Origin: Parafilimonas sp.
GTDB taxonomy: Bacteria; Bacteroidota; Bacteroidia; Chitinophagales; Chitinophagaceae
Assembly (NCBI GenBank): GCA_040002335.1
Contig: JBDUEO010000001.1
Span: forward strand, 1-42,757
DNA length: 42,757 bases
Direction of reading: 5' to 3'
Under the pieces are notes generated by a model. The model made no database searches, had not been told where the DNA came from, and saw nothing but the letters and a program-made list of their open reading frames with translations. A program made the position numbers and the translations under genes. Position 1 is the stretch's first letter, and each line of letters starts with the position of its first letter. Of the stretch, positions 28,959 through 38,458 are shown piece after piece.

Positions 28959-29813
28959 TCAGCCTTTAATATCTGCTTTTTGAAGCCAGTTATAATCGAA
29001 TGTCATGCTTTCAAAAGCATTGTTAGTATATTCTTCCTGTTCTATAAAATAATATTTCATGCCTGATTCTTTTGCATATTTAAACATGCCTGCAATATCA
29101 ACATTACCTTTTCCAAATTCGGTGCTGTGTTTTTTAGCAGGATCCATATCTTTTAAATGCCAAAGCGGAAAACGTCCCGGATATTTTTTGAAATAATCCA
29201 ATGGATTTTTTCCTGCATTAATTACCCAACCCAAATCCATTTCCATTATCACATATTTCGGATCAACATTTTCGAGCAATACATCATACAAAATTTTTCC
29301 ATCCACTTCATCAAACTCTGAGTTATGATTATGATAGCCGAAAATCAATCCTGATTTTTTACATTGTTCACCAGCCTTAGAAAGTTGCTCTGCACTTTTT
29401 TTATAATTGTCAACTGTTTGGCCCTGCGAAGGCAACACAGCAGAAATTAAATATTGCTGACCGGTTTCTGCAGCTTCATCAATTGATTTTTGAAAATCAT
29501 CATCCACATGTATATGACCGCTGCGCAACGTCATGCCATTATCATTCAAAATACTTTTAATTTCTTTTGGTGCAAGTCCGTAATAATTTCCTTTATCACT
29601 TTTTGCAGATTCAATTTCTTTATAACCGATCTTACCAATTTTTAATAACGTGCCTTTTGCATCAGCCAACATTTCATTACGCACAGAATATAATTGTATG
29701 CCCACATCTTTTTTGCCGGCTGATGATGCTGCCGCTTTTAAAATGTTGCTGCCCAACAAACCTGCAGCAGTTAAAAACGATGTTTGTTTAATAAATTCTC
29801 TTCTTGTTTTCAT
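28959..29813 (-). CDS. Tat-exported sugar phosphate isomerase/epimerase (xylose-isomerase-like TIM barrel)
   Basis: TRREFIK Tat motif; GIQLYSVR, GYHNHNSEF, EMDLGW, HLKD, IEQE. Confidence 0.9.
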   Translation of the reverse strand: MKTRREFIKQTSFLTAAGLLGSNILKAAASSAGKKDVGIQLYSVRNEMLADAKGTLLKIGKIGYKEIESAKSDKGNYYGLAPKEIKSILNDNGMTLRSGHIHVDDDFQKSIDEAAETGQQYLISAVLPSQGQTVDNYKKSAEQLSKAGEQCKKSGLIFGYHNHNSEFDEVDGKILYDVLLENVDPKYVIMEMDLGWVINAGKNPLDYFKKYPGRFPLWHLKDMDPAKKHSTEFGKGNVDIAGMFKYAKESGMKYYFIEQEEYTNNAFESMTFDYNWLQKADIKG

Positions 29814-29848
29814 ATAACAAATAATAAGGTTAGAAATAATATATTAAG

Positions 29849-29876
29849 CGATTTCTCCTACCGTGGAAATGACGCG
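29849..29876. repeat. REP-like palindrome remnant
   Basis: ATTTC-TCCTACCGTG-GAAAT-GAC, resembling Bacteroidota GAGATTTC...GAAATGAC extragenic repeats from memory; single copy in window. Confidence 0.35.
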
Positions 29877-29914
29877 CTAAACCAAAAGTAATTGTATAAG
29901 TTTTACAATAAAAT

Positions 29915-31417
29915 TTATTTACCGCTCATATCTGTATTGCTGATGAATGCAATTTTTTTACTATCTGGCGACCATGAAGGTGTGTTGATGCTGCCTTGGC
30001 CGCCATAGAAATAAGCCAGCACTTTTATTGGTCCGCCTTCAATTGGCATCAACCGAATGTAAACATGTTTGTATGGAGGATGAATGCCGGGCTGTACTTC
30101 TTCCGGTAAAAATGAAATAAATACAATCCATTTTCCGTCGGGTGAAATATGTGCAAACCAATTATCCAAACTATCTTTCGTAACCTGTTCCTGGTTGCTG
30201 CCATCCGGTTTCATGCGCCATATCTGCATTAATCCAGAACGCACTGAATTGAAATAAATATATTTTCCATCGGGCGTGTATTCTGGTCCATCATCCAAAC
30301 CTTTTGCATCAGTTAATTTTATTTCATCACCACCGGTTGAAGGAATTTTATACACATCAAATTCGCCATTACGATCACCACAAAAAACCATATCTTTTCC
30401 ATCTGGCGACCAACCATGAAAATAAGAAGGACCTTTTGGTGTGATTAATTTTGGCGTGCCGCCGGTTATAGGAACACTATAAATTACAGAGCCGCCTTTA
30501 TCTTTTTCATAATTACTTAAGCCAAGCATTTTGCCATCAAAAGAAATAACGTGATCATTATTATTATGAATTACATCGCCGGTGTTTATCTGCGTTGATT
30601 TGTTTGTTGCAAGATTATAATTATAGATCAAACCTTTGTTATCATTAAATATTAAACTCTTTCCATCAGTTGTCCAGTTTGGCGCTTGTATGGAATAAGG
30701 AACTTTATAAATCACATCACGTTTTCCTGAAGCCACTTCCAGAATTTCGAGATTGCTGCCCAACGTCATTTGTGTTGTTTGATCGGCAACGCCTTTGTAA
30801 GGAACCGTTATACTCACATTACTAAACACACCGGTTTCCACTACATCTGAATTATGCGAGCCTACAAATAATCCAACATATACATCATCACCCAAATCAA
30901 TATCAGCAATAGTATCTGTTGTAAAAGGTTCGCCATAAGTTGCAGCACGCATTATATATGTATTGCCATGCCTTTCCAACTGCAAAATATTTGCTTTGGT
31001 AATCTTCATTTTTATTTCTTCTGTTTGTGCGCCGGCAGTTCTGCGAAATTGTAAAGATGTTAAACCATCGCCATGTTCAACAGCATTTACATGTGGTGAA
31101 TTTCCATCAAGACTTTTACGAATCATGATGCCAACTTTGCGATGATAATTAACCCAGGTTCCTAAAAACTCTGCTCTTGTTTGCACGATAAAATCGCCGG
31201 TCATTTTTTTCCATACAAACTGAAATTCGTCGTGGTCTGCCCATACATTATAACCGGCACCGGAAATAACATACTGCTGTGTTTGCGGAATGTAAGTTGC
31301 TGAACCGGGTTTTACGTTTGCACCAACATCACCATGACCATCAAAAATTCCGATTTTTTGTGCGTTGATGTTGTAGCTGCAGATAATTAAAAAAATAAGC
31401 CAATAGATTTTTTTCAT
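29915..31417 (-). CDS. Exported TolB-like protein (paralogue 2)
   Basis: Colinear with 23611-25152 (DEFQFV.KK..GDFIV, NNDH.ISFD, DGPEY..DGKYIY.N, GGQG.IN..SWSPD). Start 31417 (MKKIYW) because the track start overlaps the promoter. Confidence 0.85.
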   Translation of the reverse strand: MKKIYWLIFLIICSYNINAQKIGIFDGHGDVGANVKPGSATYIPQTQQYVISGAGYNVWADHDEFQFVWKKMTGDFIVQTRAEFLGTWVNYHRKVGIMIRKSLDGNSPHVNAVEHGDGLTSLQFRRTAGAQTEEIKMKITKANILQLERHGNTYIMRAATYGEPFTTDTIADIDLGDDVYVGLFVGSHNSDVVETGVFSNVSITVPYKGVADQTTQMTLGSNLEILEVASGKRDVIYKVPYSIQAPNWTTDGKSLIFNDNKGLIYNYNLATNKSTQINTGDVIHNNNDHVISFDGKMLGLSNYEKDKGGSVIYSVPITGGTPKLITPKGPSYFHGWSPDGKDMVFCGDRNGEFDVYKIPSTGGDEIKLTDAKGLDDGPEYTPDGKYIYFNSVRSGLMQIWRMKPDGSNQEQVTKDSLDNWFAHISPDGKWIVFISFLPEEVQPGIHPPYKHVYIRLMPIEGGPIKVLAYFYGGQGSINTPSWSPDSKKIAFISNTDMSGK

Positions 31418-31440
31418 GTTCAATCGTTTTTGAGTTAGCG

Positions 31441-31549
31441 CAAATTTATTTAAAGCTTGCATTTTATAAATAAGAATGACTACAACAATTCTACATCAAC
31501 AGGTAAAATTTATCTTCTGCAAAATAAATAATACTACTTCTCTACAACA
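31441..31549 (-). promoter_or_regulatory. Promoter with CTACA(T/A)CA direct repeats
   Basis: -7 TAAATTTG on minus strand (31448-31441); CTACAACA-att-CTACATCA at 31480-31498; CTACAACA at 31542. Confidence 0.65.
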
Positions 31550-31776
31550 ACTTTGCTTAATGCAGGTAGTAATAAACCAGAAGTCTTTTTTTGTAGTTAT
31601 GAAGATGATAAGCTGATCTTTTTTGCAGAATATGATAAATAATGTAAAAGTGGTCTTTAAATTTTGGGCTATTTAAATAGTAAGATTTTGCTGATATAAC
31701 AAGCGTTTAGTTTGCCCTGCGAATCTTTGTATTAAAATTTAGTTAGACATTCCCTTTCAAACGAATAAGTTTGCTC

Positions 31777-32469
31777 ATGCATCATATTCTTTTAGTTGAA
31801 GATGATCCTGAAATTGTTCATCTTCTTAAATTAAATTTCGATTCTTCATCTTACGATCTCAGTGTATCTAATACTGGTGATGATGCATTACAAAAAACAA
31901 CCGATAATAATTTTGATTTAATAATTCTTGATATTATGTTGCCCGGCATGGATGGAATGGAAGTATGTAAAATGCTGCGTAAGCGAAATATTACAACGCC
32001 GGTTATGATGCTCACATCGCGCTCTGAAGAAATTGATAAAGTACTGGCTTTGGAGTTGGGTGCAGATGATTATGTTACTAAGCCGTTTGGTATTCGTGAA
32101 CTGCTGGCAAGAGTAAAAGCCATGTTAAGAAGAGCGGAATCTAACGCAACGCCTACAACAAATATTATTAATGAAATAGAGATAGAGGATATTTATATCA
32201 ACCGGGAAAAAATGAAAGCTTCTTTAAAAGGAGACCGGCTTGACCTTACTGCCAAAGAATTTGAATTGCTTTATTTGCTTGCATCCAATCGTGGCAAAAC
32301 ATTCAGCAGGCAGGAATTGCTGGAGATTATTTGGGGTTATTCTTTTTCCGGTTATGAGCATACAGTAACATCGCATATAAACAGGCTGCGCATGAAGATA
32401 GAGCCAAACCTTCAACAACCTTCGTATATATTAACAACATGGGGTGTTGGTTACAGATTTAAAGAATGA
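31777..32469 (+). CDS. OmpR/PhoB-family response regulator
   Basis: LVEDD, LDIMLP, GADDYVTKPF, LTAKEFELL, VTSHINRLRMKIE, TTWGVGYRF. Confidence 0.95.
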   Translation: MHHILLVEDDPEIVHLLKLNFDSSSYDLSVSNTGDDALQKTTDNNFDLIILDIMLPGMDGMEVCKMLRKRNITTPVMMLTSRSEEIDKVLALELGADDYVTKPFGIRELLARVKAMLRRAESNATPTTNIINEIEIEDIYINREKMKASLKGDRLDLTAKEFELLYLLASNRGKTFSRQELLEIIWGYSFSGYEHTVTSHINRLRMKIEPNLQQPSYILTTWGVGYRFKE

Positions 32470-33953
32470 AAACAAGAAAATCAGATCTCTTTAAAAGAAT
32501 AACTATTTTAATCTTTGTATTGATTACAGTACTAAGCCTGCTTTTTATTGCTATAACATATCTTACAACAAAAGAATTTTACCAGAGCAGCACACAGTTG
32601 GTTGATAAAGATGTTGCCACACACATTGCAGAATTTGCTTCACCTTTTGAAGATGAAGGATTGAATAAAAGAATTGCGGATTCTGTTTTTTATAATGCAA
32701 TGGTTTTAAATCCAAGTATTGAAGTTTATTTTTTAGATACCGCGGGTAAGATTATGTATTACCAGTCGCCGGATTCATCCATAAAGCTTTGGACGATTCC
32801 GCTGGATAATATTAAAAAACATATACAGTCGAACGGTGAAGATTATATAAAAGGCCCTGACCCGAAAAATCCATCTAAACAAAAAGTATTTTCTGCAGCA
32901 GAGGTGTATAGTAATAAAAAAAAGGTAGGATACATTTATGTAATTCTCGGCGGCAACGAATATAGTAAAGCCACCGATCTTTTATTTGGAAGCCATGTAA
33001 TGAGTTTGGCTATTACGGCATTTTCTGTAATCATTGTTTTATCAATCATGCTAAGCCTTTTTTATGTAAACCGTTTACAGCGAAATTTCAAAAAAATAAT
33101 TGCTGTATTAAATACATATATGAAAGGCGATTTTAATGCACGTTTTAATTTGAATGAACATAATGAGTTTTCACCCATCACCGATTCATTTAATAAAATG
33201 GCTGCATTACTTTCTTATAATATAGAAAGATTGAAGCAAACTGAACAGGAAAGAAAAAATTTTATTGCTACTATTTCTCATGATTTACGCACACCACTTT
33301 CTGTTGCAAAAGGTTATACAGAAACAGCTATAAGCAAAATGAATAATGGAGAAATAAATCGTCCGGAGATGGATGAATTTATGCAGCTCGTTTATAAAAA
33401 ATTACAGCAGATTGAAGTAATGGTGCAAGACCTTTTTGAGCTATCAAGAATGGAATCAATTCATTTCACACCTAATAAAGAAGCATTTATTTTTTCAGAA
33501 ATATTAAGAGAAATGTATGCTGGTTCTGAAAAGGCTGCATCAGCAAGAAATATTAAAATGTCATGCAACGGATGTGAAGATATGTCGTGGATACATGCTG
33601 ATATAAGAATGATGGAACGTGCAGTACAAAACTTATTGGATAATGCAATTAAATATACGCCGCATGGTGAAAGCATTTACGTTAATCTTGAAAAAAAAGA
33701 CGACCTTCTTACTGTGCGTTTTATTAATACAGGCTCTATAATTTCAAACGATCTCATCAACTGGATTAATATAACTTCAAACGAAACAGGCGCATCTTCA
33801 ATAATAAAACCAACCAATTCAGGGCTTGGATTACTTATTGTAAAAAGAATTCTCGAATTACATGATTATAGTTTTCATGTTACATGCGATGAGAAAAATA
33901 TTATTTCATTTATCATACAAATGAAAACTGCAAATCCACTTTCTATTAATTAA
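32466..33953 (+). CDS. HAMP-domain sensor histidine kinase
   Basis: Two TMs around a periplasmic domain, HAMP, H-box ISHDLRTPL, N-box NLLDNAIKY, SGLGL; 4-nt overlap with the regulator. Confidence 0.93.
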   Translation: MKTRKSDLFKRITILIFVLITVLSLLFIAITYLTTKEFYQSSTQLVDKDVATHIAEFASPFEDEGLNKRIADSVFYNAMVLNPSIEVYFLDTAGKIMYYQSPDSSIKLWTIPLDNIKKHIQSNGEDYIKGPDPKNPSKQKVFSAAEVYSNKKKVGYIYVILGGNEYSKATDLLFGSHVMSLAITAFSVIIVLSIMLSLFYVNRLQRNFKKIIAVLNTYMKGDFNARFNLNEHNEFSPITDSFNKMAALLSYNIERLKQTEQERKNFIATISHDLRTPLSVAKGYTETAISKMNNGEINRPEMDEFMQLVYKKLQQIEVMVQDLFELSRMESIHFTPNKEAFIFSEILREMYAGSEKAASARNIKMSCNGCEDMSWIHADIRMMERAVQNLLDNAIKYTPHGESIYVNLEKKDDLLTVRFINTGSIISNDLINWINITSNETGASSIIKPTNSGLGLLIVKRILELHDYSFHVTCDEKNIISFIIQMKTANPLSIN

Positions 33954-33978
33954 GCAAAGATTTTAATCAGTACGCTTT

Positions 33979-34024
33979 TGTAATACTTCTGTGATATCTG
34001 CCACTGGCATTGGCAATAGTTTTG
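33979..34024 (+). promoter_or_regulatory. OmpR-type direct repeat plus -7 element
   Basis: TGTAATA-cttc-TGTGATA (11-bp period) 20 nt upstream of TAGTTTTG (34017-34024). Confidence 0.6.
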
Positions 34025-34085
34025 TGTTATAAATCTGAACAATTATTATTTCTAAAAACAATTTTTAAATCACAAAACAAATAAC

Positions 34086-34457
34086 ATGAAAAAGATTCTT
34101 TGCTTAATAGTATTTAGCGGTTTTTGCTGTTGCCTTTTTGCACAAAACGATAGTATGATGCATAATAAAATGGATAAGATGAGCAAAACGGACAAGATGG
34201 ATAAAATGAAAGATTGTGTGTACATGGATAACAACCAAATGATGGTGATGAAAGACGGCAAAACCATGATGATGAATGAAGACATGAAAATGAAAAACGG
34301 AACTACCGTAATGAAAGATGGCAGCATGATGATGAAAGATGGCAGTAAAAAAATGCTGATGAACGGAGAATGCGTTGACATGAATGGAAAGATGATTAAG
34401 ATGAAAATGGAGGATATGAAAATGATGGATGATAAAATGATGAAAGACAGTATGTAA
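34086..34457 (+). CDS. Secreted methionine-rich protein (DUF6799-like)
   Basis: Signal peptide; 32 Met in 123 aa by my count; repeated MKDG/MKNG turns. Confidence 0.88.
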   Translation: MKKILCLIVFSGFCCCLFAQNDSMMHNKMDKMSKTDKMDKMKDCVYMDNNQMMVMKDGKTMMMNEDMKMKNGTTVMKDGSMMMKDGSKKMLMNGECVDMNGKMIKMKMEDMKMMDDKMMKDSM

Positions 34458-34479
34458 ATGAGTTTGATTGGTATAAACA

Positions 34480-34511
34480 AAAACCTGTAAAGTATAAGCT
34501 TTACAGGTTTT
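34480..34511 (+). terminator. Hairpin between the Met-rich gene and rclC-like gene
   Basis: AAAACCTGTAAAG-N6-CTTTACAGGTTTT, perfect 13-bp stem. Confidence 0.7.
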
Positions 34512-34546
34512 ATAACATGCAAATATATTTAACCTGAAAAAAATTT

Positions 34547-35017
34547 ATGAATACAGAAAACGCGGCTAAGCTAAAACACATTGGAGCAGGCATAATACGC
34601 TACGGACTTGTAATAATATTGTTATGGATAGGATTTTTAAAATTTACGCCTTATGAAGCGGAAGGAATAAAGCCTTTAGTAATGAACAGCCCGTTTTTAT
34701 CATGGGGTTATAGTATTACAAGTGTAGAAGGTTTTTCAAAATTGATTGGTGTAATTGAAATTGTTTTAGGAATATTAATTGCAATAAAACGCATATCTCC
34801 AAAGGCATCTGCCACCGGAAGCATCGGCGCTATTATTATGGCAGTTATTACGCTAACTTTTTTAATTTCTACGCCTGCCGCCGCAATATGGCAAATGGAT
34901 TATGGATTTCCATATTTATCTCCTATGCCTGGCCAATTTATTATAAAAGATCTTTTATTGCTTGGCGCCGCTGTGTACACTGCGGGAGACTCGTTGCTTG
35001 TTGCAAAACAAGTATGA
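34547..35017 (+). CDS. rclC: RclC/YkgB (DUF417) inner-membrane protein
   Basis: RYGLVIILLWIGFLKFTPYEAEGIKPLVMNSPFLSW and GQFIIKDLLLLG are DUF417 hallmarks. Confidence 0.88.
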   Translation: MNTENAAKLKHIGAGIIRYGLVIILLWIGFLKFTPYEAEGIKPLVMNSPFLSWGYSITSVEGFSKLIGVIEIVLGILIAIKRISPKASATGSIGAIIMAVITLTFLISTPAAAIWQMDYGFPYLSPMPGQFIIKDLLLLGAAVYTAGDSLLVAKQV

Positions 35018-35177
35018 AACACGCGAACTGCGCATCATATTAAATGGCAAAAGAATTACCACCTGAATATTTTATAAGCTGTTTTTAAAATCAATCCTGT
35101 AAAAAAATTTGCAGAATAAAATGATTTAAACTTTACTGCATAATGAGCAGATTTACTTCAACATTTTTGCCTTTTAT

Positions 35178-35816
35178 TTATATCAACTTATTTTCTGTAG
35201 CAACATGTACTAATTCGGGCGCATTGTTTACTTCAAATTTTTGCATAAGATTTCTTCGATGTGTTTCTACTGTAAGCGGACTTATAAAAAGTTTTTCTGC
35301 TGTTTGCGCAGTCGTTAATCCTGCAGCAATACATTTCAGAATTTCTGTTTCGCGCCGGGTAATATGTGGTGTTTCTGAAAGCGACCGGTTTGATGTGGCG
35401 AGTATTTTTTGCACTTCATCATTCATCACCAGCTTATCATCCATTACATCTTTTATCGCCTGAATTAATTCTTTGGATGATGCATTTTTTAAAATATAAC
35501 CTGATGCGCCGTTCTGCAATATTTTTGTTATCATCAGCCGTTCATTGTGATTACTAAGCGCAAGTATTTTTATGTGCGGGTATAATTTTTTAATGGTTTT
35601 ACATAAATCAATGCCATTAATATCGGGAAGATTAATATCAAGTAAAATAAGATCAGCAAATTGTTCCTGCAAAAAAGTTAGCGCTTCAGTTGCAGTAATG
35701 CACGAAGCCAATACTTCAATATCTGCATGTTGCTGCAAAATATGCTGCAGGCCTTCATGCACTAAAGGATGATCATCAATAATAATAAGCCGTATTACTT
35801 TATTGTTGCTGTACAT
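35178..35816 (-). CDS. NarL/FixJ-family response regulator
   Basis: IIDDHPLV, LLDINLPD, GASGYILKN, ITRRETEIL...LFISPLTVETHRRNLMQK. Confidence 0.93.
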   Translation of the reverse strand: MYSNNKVIRLIIIDDHPLVHEGLQHILQQHADIEVLASCITATEALTFLQEQFADLILLDINLPDINGIDLCKTIKKLYPHIKILALSNHNERLMITKILQNGASGYILKNASSKELIQAIKDVMDDKLVMNDEVQKILATSNRSLSETPHITRRETEILKCIAAGLTTAQTAEKLFISPLTVETHRRNLMQKFEVNNAPELVHVATENKLI

Positions 35817-37797
35817 GTACTTCAATATTTACTGTTGTGCCTTGTGCATTAGACTGAATTTCCATTTTTCCCTTTAAATAATTTACACGGTTTTCAATAC
35901 TTGCCAAACCCATACTTTCATTTTTTGGTTGATTAATATCAAACCCTTTTCCATTGTCTTCAACAGTAATGTGTAAAATATTTTCTTCCTGTATGCATTG
36001 CACCAGCACCTTTTCTGCTTCAGCGTATTTTACAGCGTTAGCAACAAGTTCCTGCACTATTCTGTAAATGGTTAACTGGTGTTCCTGCTTAATTTTGCTG
36101 TTTATTTTATACGCTTGGAAAACAACATTTGTTTTATTGTTTCCAATGCTTTCGCATAAATCTTTCAAGGCAGGTTCAAGGCCAAACCTAAGTAATGTTT
36201 CGGGCATTAAGTTGCGTGCTATTCTGCGCAACTCGTTTACAGAATAATCAAGCTGGTTAATTACTTTATACAATTCCATATCACGCGGTTTTTGATTTGT
36301 ATTTTCAGCAATGTGCGACAAACCGATTTTTACACCAGCCAGCATTCCGCCTAATCCATCATGTAAATCCTGTGCCAGGCGCTTTCGTTCTGCTTCCTGG
36401 CCCTGCAGCATTGCATTATAAATTTGCAATTCTTGCTGCTGTTCCATTTCTTTTATCTTTTGTTGATTGCTTTGCTGCTGCAGTTTTGTAGTACGTTGTT
36501 TGTTTTTATAAATGATGAATAATAATATTGAAAGCAGTAACAGAATTAAAACGCTGCTTAATAAAAGATAATTCACAAATCGCCCGTGTTCTAAATCTGC
36601 CTGTTGCTGCTTTGATTTATTTTCAAGCGCTAAAATTTGTTTCTCTTTTTTTTCTGATTGATATTTCGCTTCAAGCGCAGCAATATCTGTTTTGGTTTTT
36701 GCACTGAATAAACTATCAGATAAAATGCTGTATTGCATTAACCATTTATATGCTGCCGGTGTATTGCCAAGCGCCGCATCTGTTTCAGCCAATTCAAACA
36801 AAATTTGTTTTGTATTATTTGATAAAGGCATTTGTTTATTCATGTTATAAACCTGTAACAAAACAGGCATAGCATTTTCAAATTTTTTCTGTTCTTTATA
36901 CACTTTATATTTTTCATACAAAATAGATTGCACATCATATTTTGAGTTTATTTTTTCTGCCAGTAATAATCCTTTATTCAGTTCCGTAATAGCCGTATCA
37001 AAACTTCTAATTCCCCTGTAATACATACCAGATACAGAATAGTAAGTAGTTAAATATACAGGCAGGGAATTGGTGTGGAGAATTTTAAAAGCACTGTCTA
37101 AGCAGGGTTTTGCTTTTTGAAATTGATAGTTTTCTGTAAAAGCTTTCGCAATCATAGTATAACAATCAGCAAGTGCTGCATTATTATTAGCAACTTTTGT
37201 AAGCAGGTGCAGCGCTTTATTATAATATTTTAAAGCATTTTCATAATCTGTATTGTTCATAAACACAGCACCGAGATCCATATAATTCATACCCATTCTT
37301 AAACTATCACCGGCCAAAGTAGCAAACGGTATGGCTTTATTTAAAAGAATGTCAACATATTCTTTTTCATTATTTTTTCTTTGTTCCAAAGCTCCATAGT
37401 TGTGCCACAATCTTGCCCTGTATTGATATGCCAATGGTGAAGTATTATGATTCAATAATTTTTCGGCCAGCATATATTCCTGCTGGCTTTTATTAAAATC
37501 ATAATCAAATAAAATTCCTGCTTTATTAAAATGAGCAATAGCTGTATAAAAAGAATTTCCGTTGCTAAACTGTAAAGATTTTTTTATGTATTCAAATGCT
37601 TTTGCAGTGTCTTCATCTGACCAATAATCTGCAAGTTGCAAATACAAATTTGCTTTTGCAGTATCTGTTGTTGCATTGTTTAACAGCGTTTGCAAACTAT
37701 CAGGCAATGATCTGTTATCAGCCATATCTTGCGCTGACACATTGGTGTAAATAAATATGATGAAGATTAAATAAACTGACGATAAAAATTTGTTCAA
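35800..37797 (-). CDS. TPR-repeat sensor histidine kinase (HisKA_3)
   Basis: Signal peptide, helical TPR-like periplasmic region, TM, ERKRLAQDLHDGLGG, YRIVQELVANAVKYA, EDNGKGFD. Confidence 0.92.
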   Translation of the reverse strand: MNKFLSSVYLIFIIFIYTNVSAQDMADNRSLPDSLQTLLNNATTDTAKANLYLQLADYWSDEDTAKAFEYIKKSLQFSNGNSFYTAIAHFNKAGILFDYDFNKSQQEYMLAEKLLNHNTSPLAYQYRARLWHNYGALEQRKNNEKEYVDILLNKAIPFATLAGDSLRMGMNYMDLGAVFMNNTDYENALKYYNKALHLLTKVANNNAALADCYTMIAKAFTENYQFQKAKPCLDSAFKILHTNSLPVYLTTYYSVSGMYYRGIRSFDTAITELNKGLLLAEKINSKYDVQSILYEKYKVYKEQKKFENAMPVLLQVYNMNKQMPLSNNTKQILFELAETDAALGNTPAAYKWLMQYSILSDSLFSAKTKTDIAALEAKYQSEKKEKQILALENKSKQQQADLEHGRFVNYLLLSSVLILLLLSILLFIIYKNKQRTTKLQQQSNQQKIKEMEQQQELQIYNAMLQGQEAERKRLAQDLHDGLGGMLAGVKIGLSHIAENTNQKPRDMELYKVINQLDYSVNELRRIARNLMPETLLRFGLEPALKDLCESIGNNKTNVVFQAYKINSKIKQEHQLTIYRIVQELVANAVKYAEAEKVLVQCIQEENILHITVEDNGKGFDINQPKNESMGLASIENRVNYLKGKMEIQSNAQGTTVNIEVHVQQQ

Positions 37798-37875
37798 AAC
37801 AAAAAAGATTTAAGCGAAGCACAATTTAGTTCTTCGGTTTAAAGCAGATAAGTATAAATATGTTTTTTATAAAAA

Positions 37876-37919
37876 AATACCGGTAAACCAGTAGATGAAT
37901 TTAATGAGTTACCGGTATT
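37876..37919. promoter_or_regulatory. Inverted repeat AATACCGGTAA-N22-TTACCGGTATT, candidate NarL-type operator
   Basis: Perfect 11-bp arms in the divergent intergenic region between the kinase and 38002. Confidence 0.55.
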
Positions 37920-38001
37920 GCAAAGAACCATAAAAAATACGCTATTTGTGTTGATGATAAATGCTGTTATTTAAAATCATTCATCAATAAAATTGTACTT
38001 A

Positions 38002-38421
38002 ATGAAAATTATATTATCCGTTTTATTATTAGCAACAACCTTCTTTTCATTTGCACAAGATGCAGCTTTAAAAAAAGGCAACACCGTTTTTGTGCAGCAA
38101 ATATCTGCAAACGATAATGTAAAAGATTATACCAATGATTTTGCGAACGAATTGCAGGATTGGGGTTACTGGAAAATTACTTCTTCAAAAGATAATGCTG
38201 ATTTTATAATTGACCTGAATTTTGATTCGCATAAAGGCATTACGCTTACTTCCTGGGGCGGCGAATCTGTTATGGTAAGTGCAAAGTTTCATACAAAAAG
38301 CGGCGATAAACTTTTTCAAACAGAAACATACCAGGCAAGCCCTAATGGTTCAAATGGTTTTAATGGAGGCAAGTCATCCATAAAAAAATTAATACGCGGA
38401 TTAAAAAAGCATTTTAATTAA
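38002..38421 (+). CDS. Exported hypothetical protein
   Basis: ATG 38002, signal peptide MKIILSVLLLATTFFSFA-Q; no family recognised. Confidence 0.75.
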   Translation: MKIILSVLLLATTFFSFAQDAALKKGNTVFVQQISANDNVKDYTNDFANELQDWGYWKITSSKDNADFIIDLNFDSHKGITLTSWGGESVMVSAKFHTKSGDKLFQTETYQASPNGSNGFNGGKSSIKKLIRGLKKHFN

Positions 38422-38458
38422 ACGCTTCAATCTATTTCTACAATAAAAATATTTATCT

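Noticed and set aside
23611-31417. TolB-like genes as true Tol-Pal tolB
   Set aside because: No tolQRA/pal neighbours, a different N-terminal domain, and they sit inside a PUL.
31680-31697. Partial copy (13/18) of the OmpR-type repeat upstream of the regulator, suggesting autoregulation
   Set aside because: Too degenerate, and spacing to a -7 element differs from the 33979 site.
34070-34522. 150-aa hydrophobic antisense ORF
   Set aside because: Mirror of the ATG/AAA/GAT-rich Met protein gene; its I/F/S richness follows from that.
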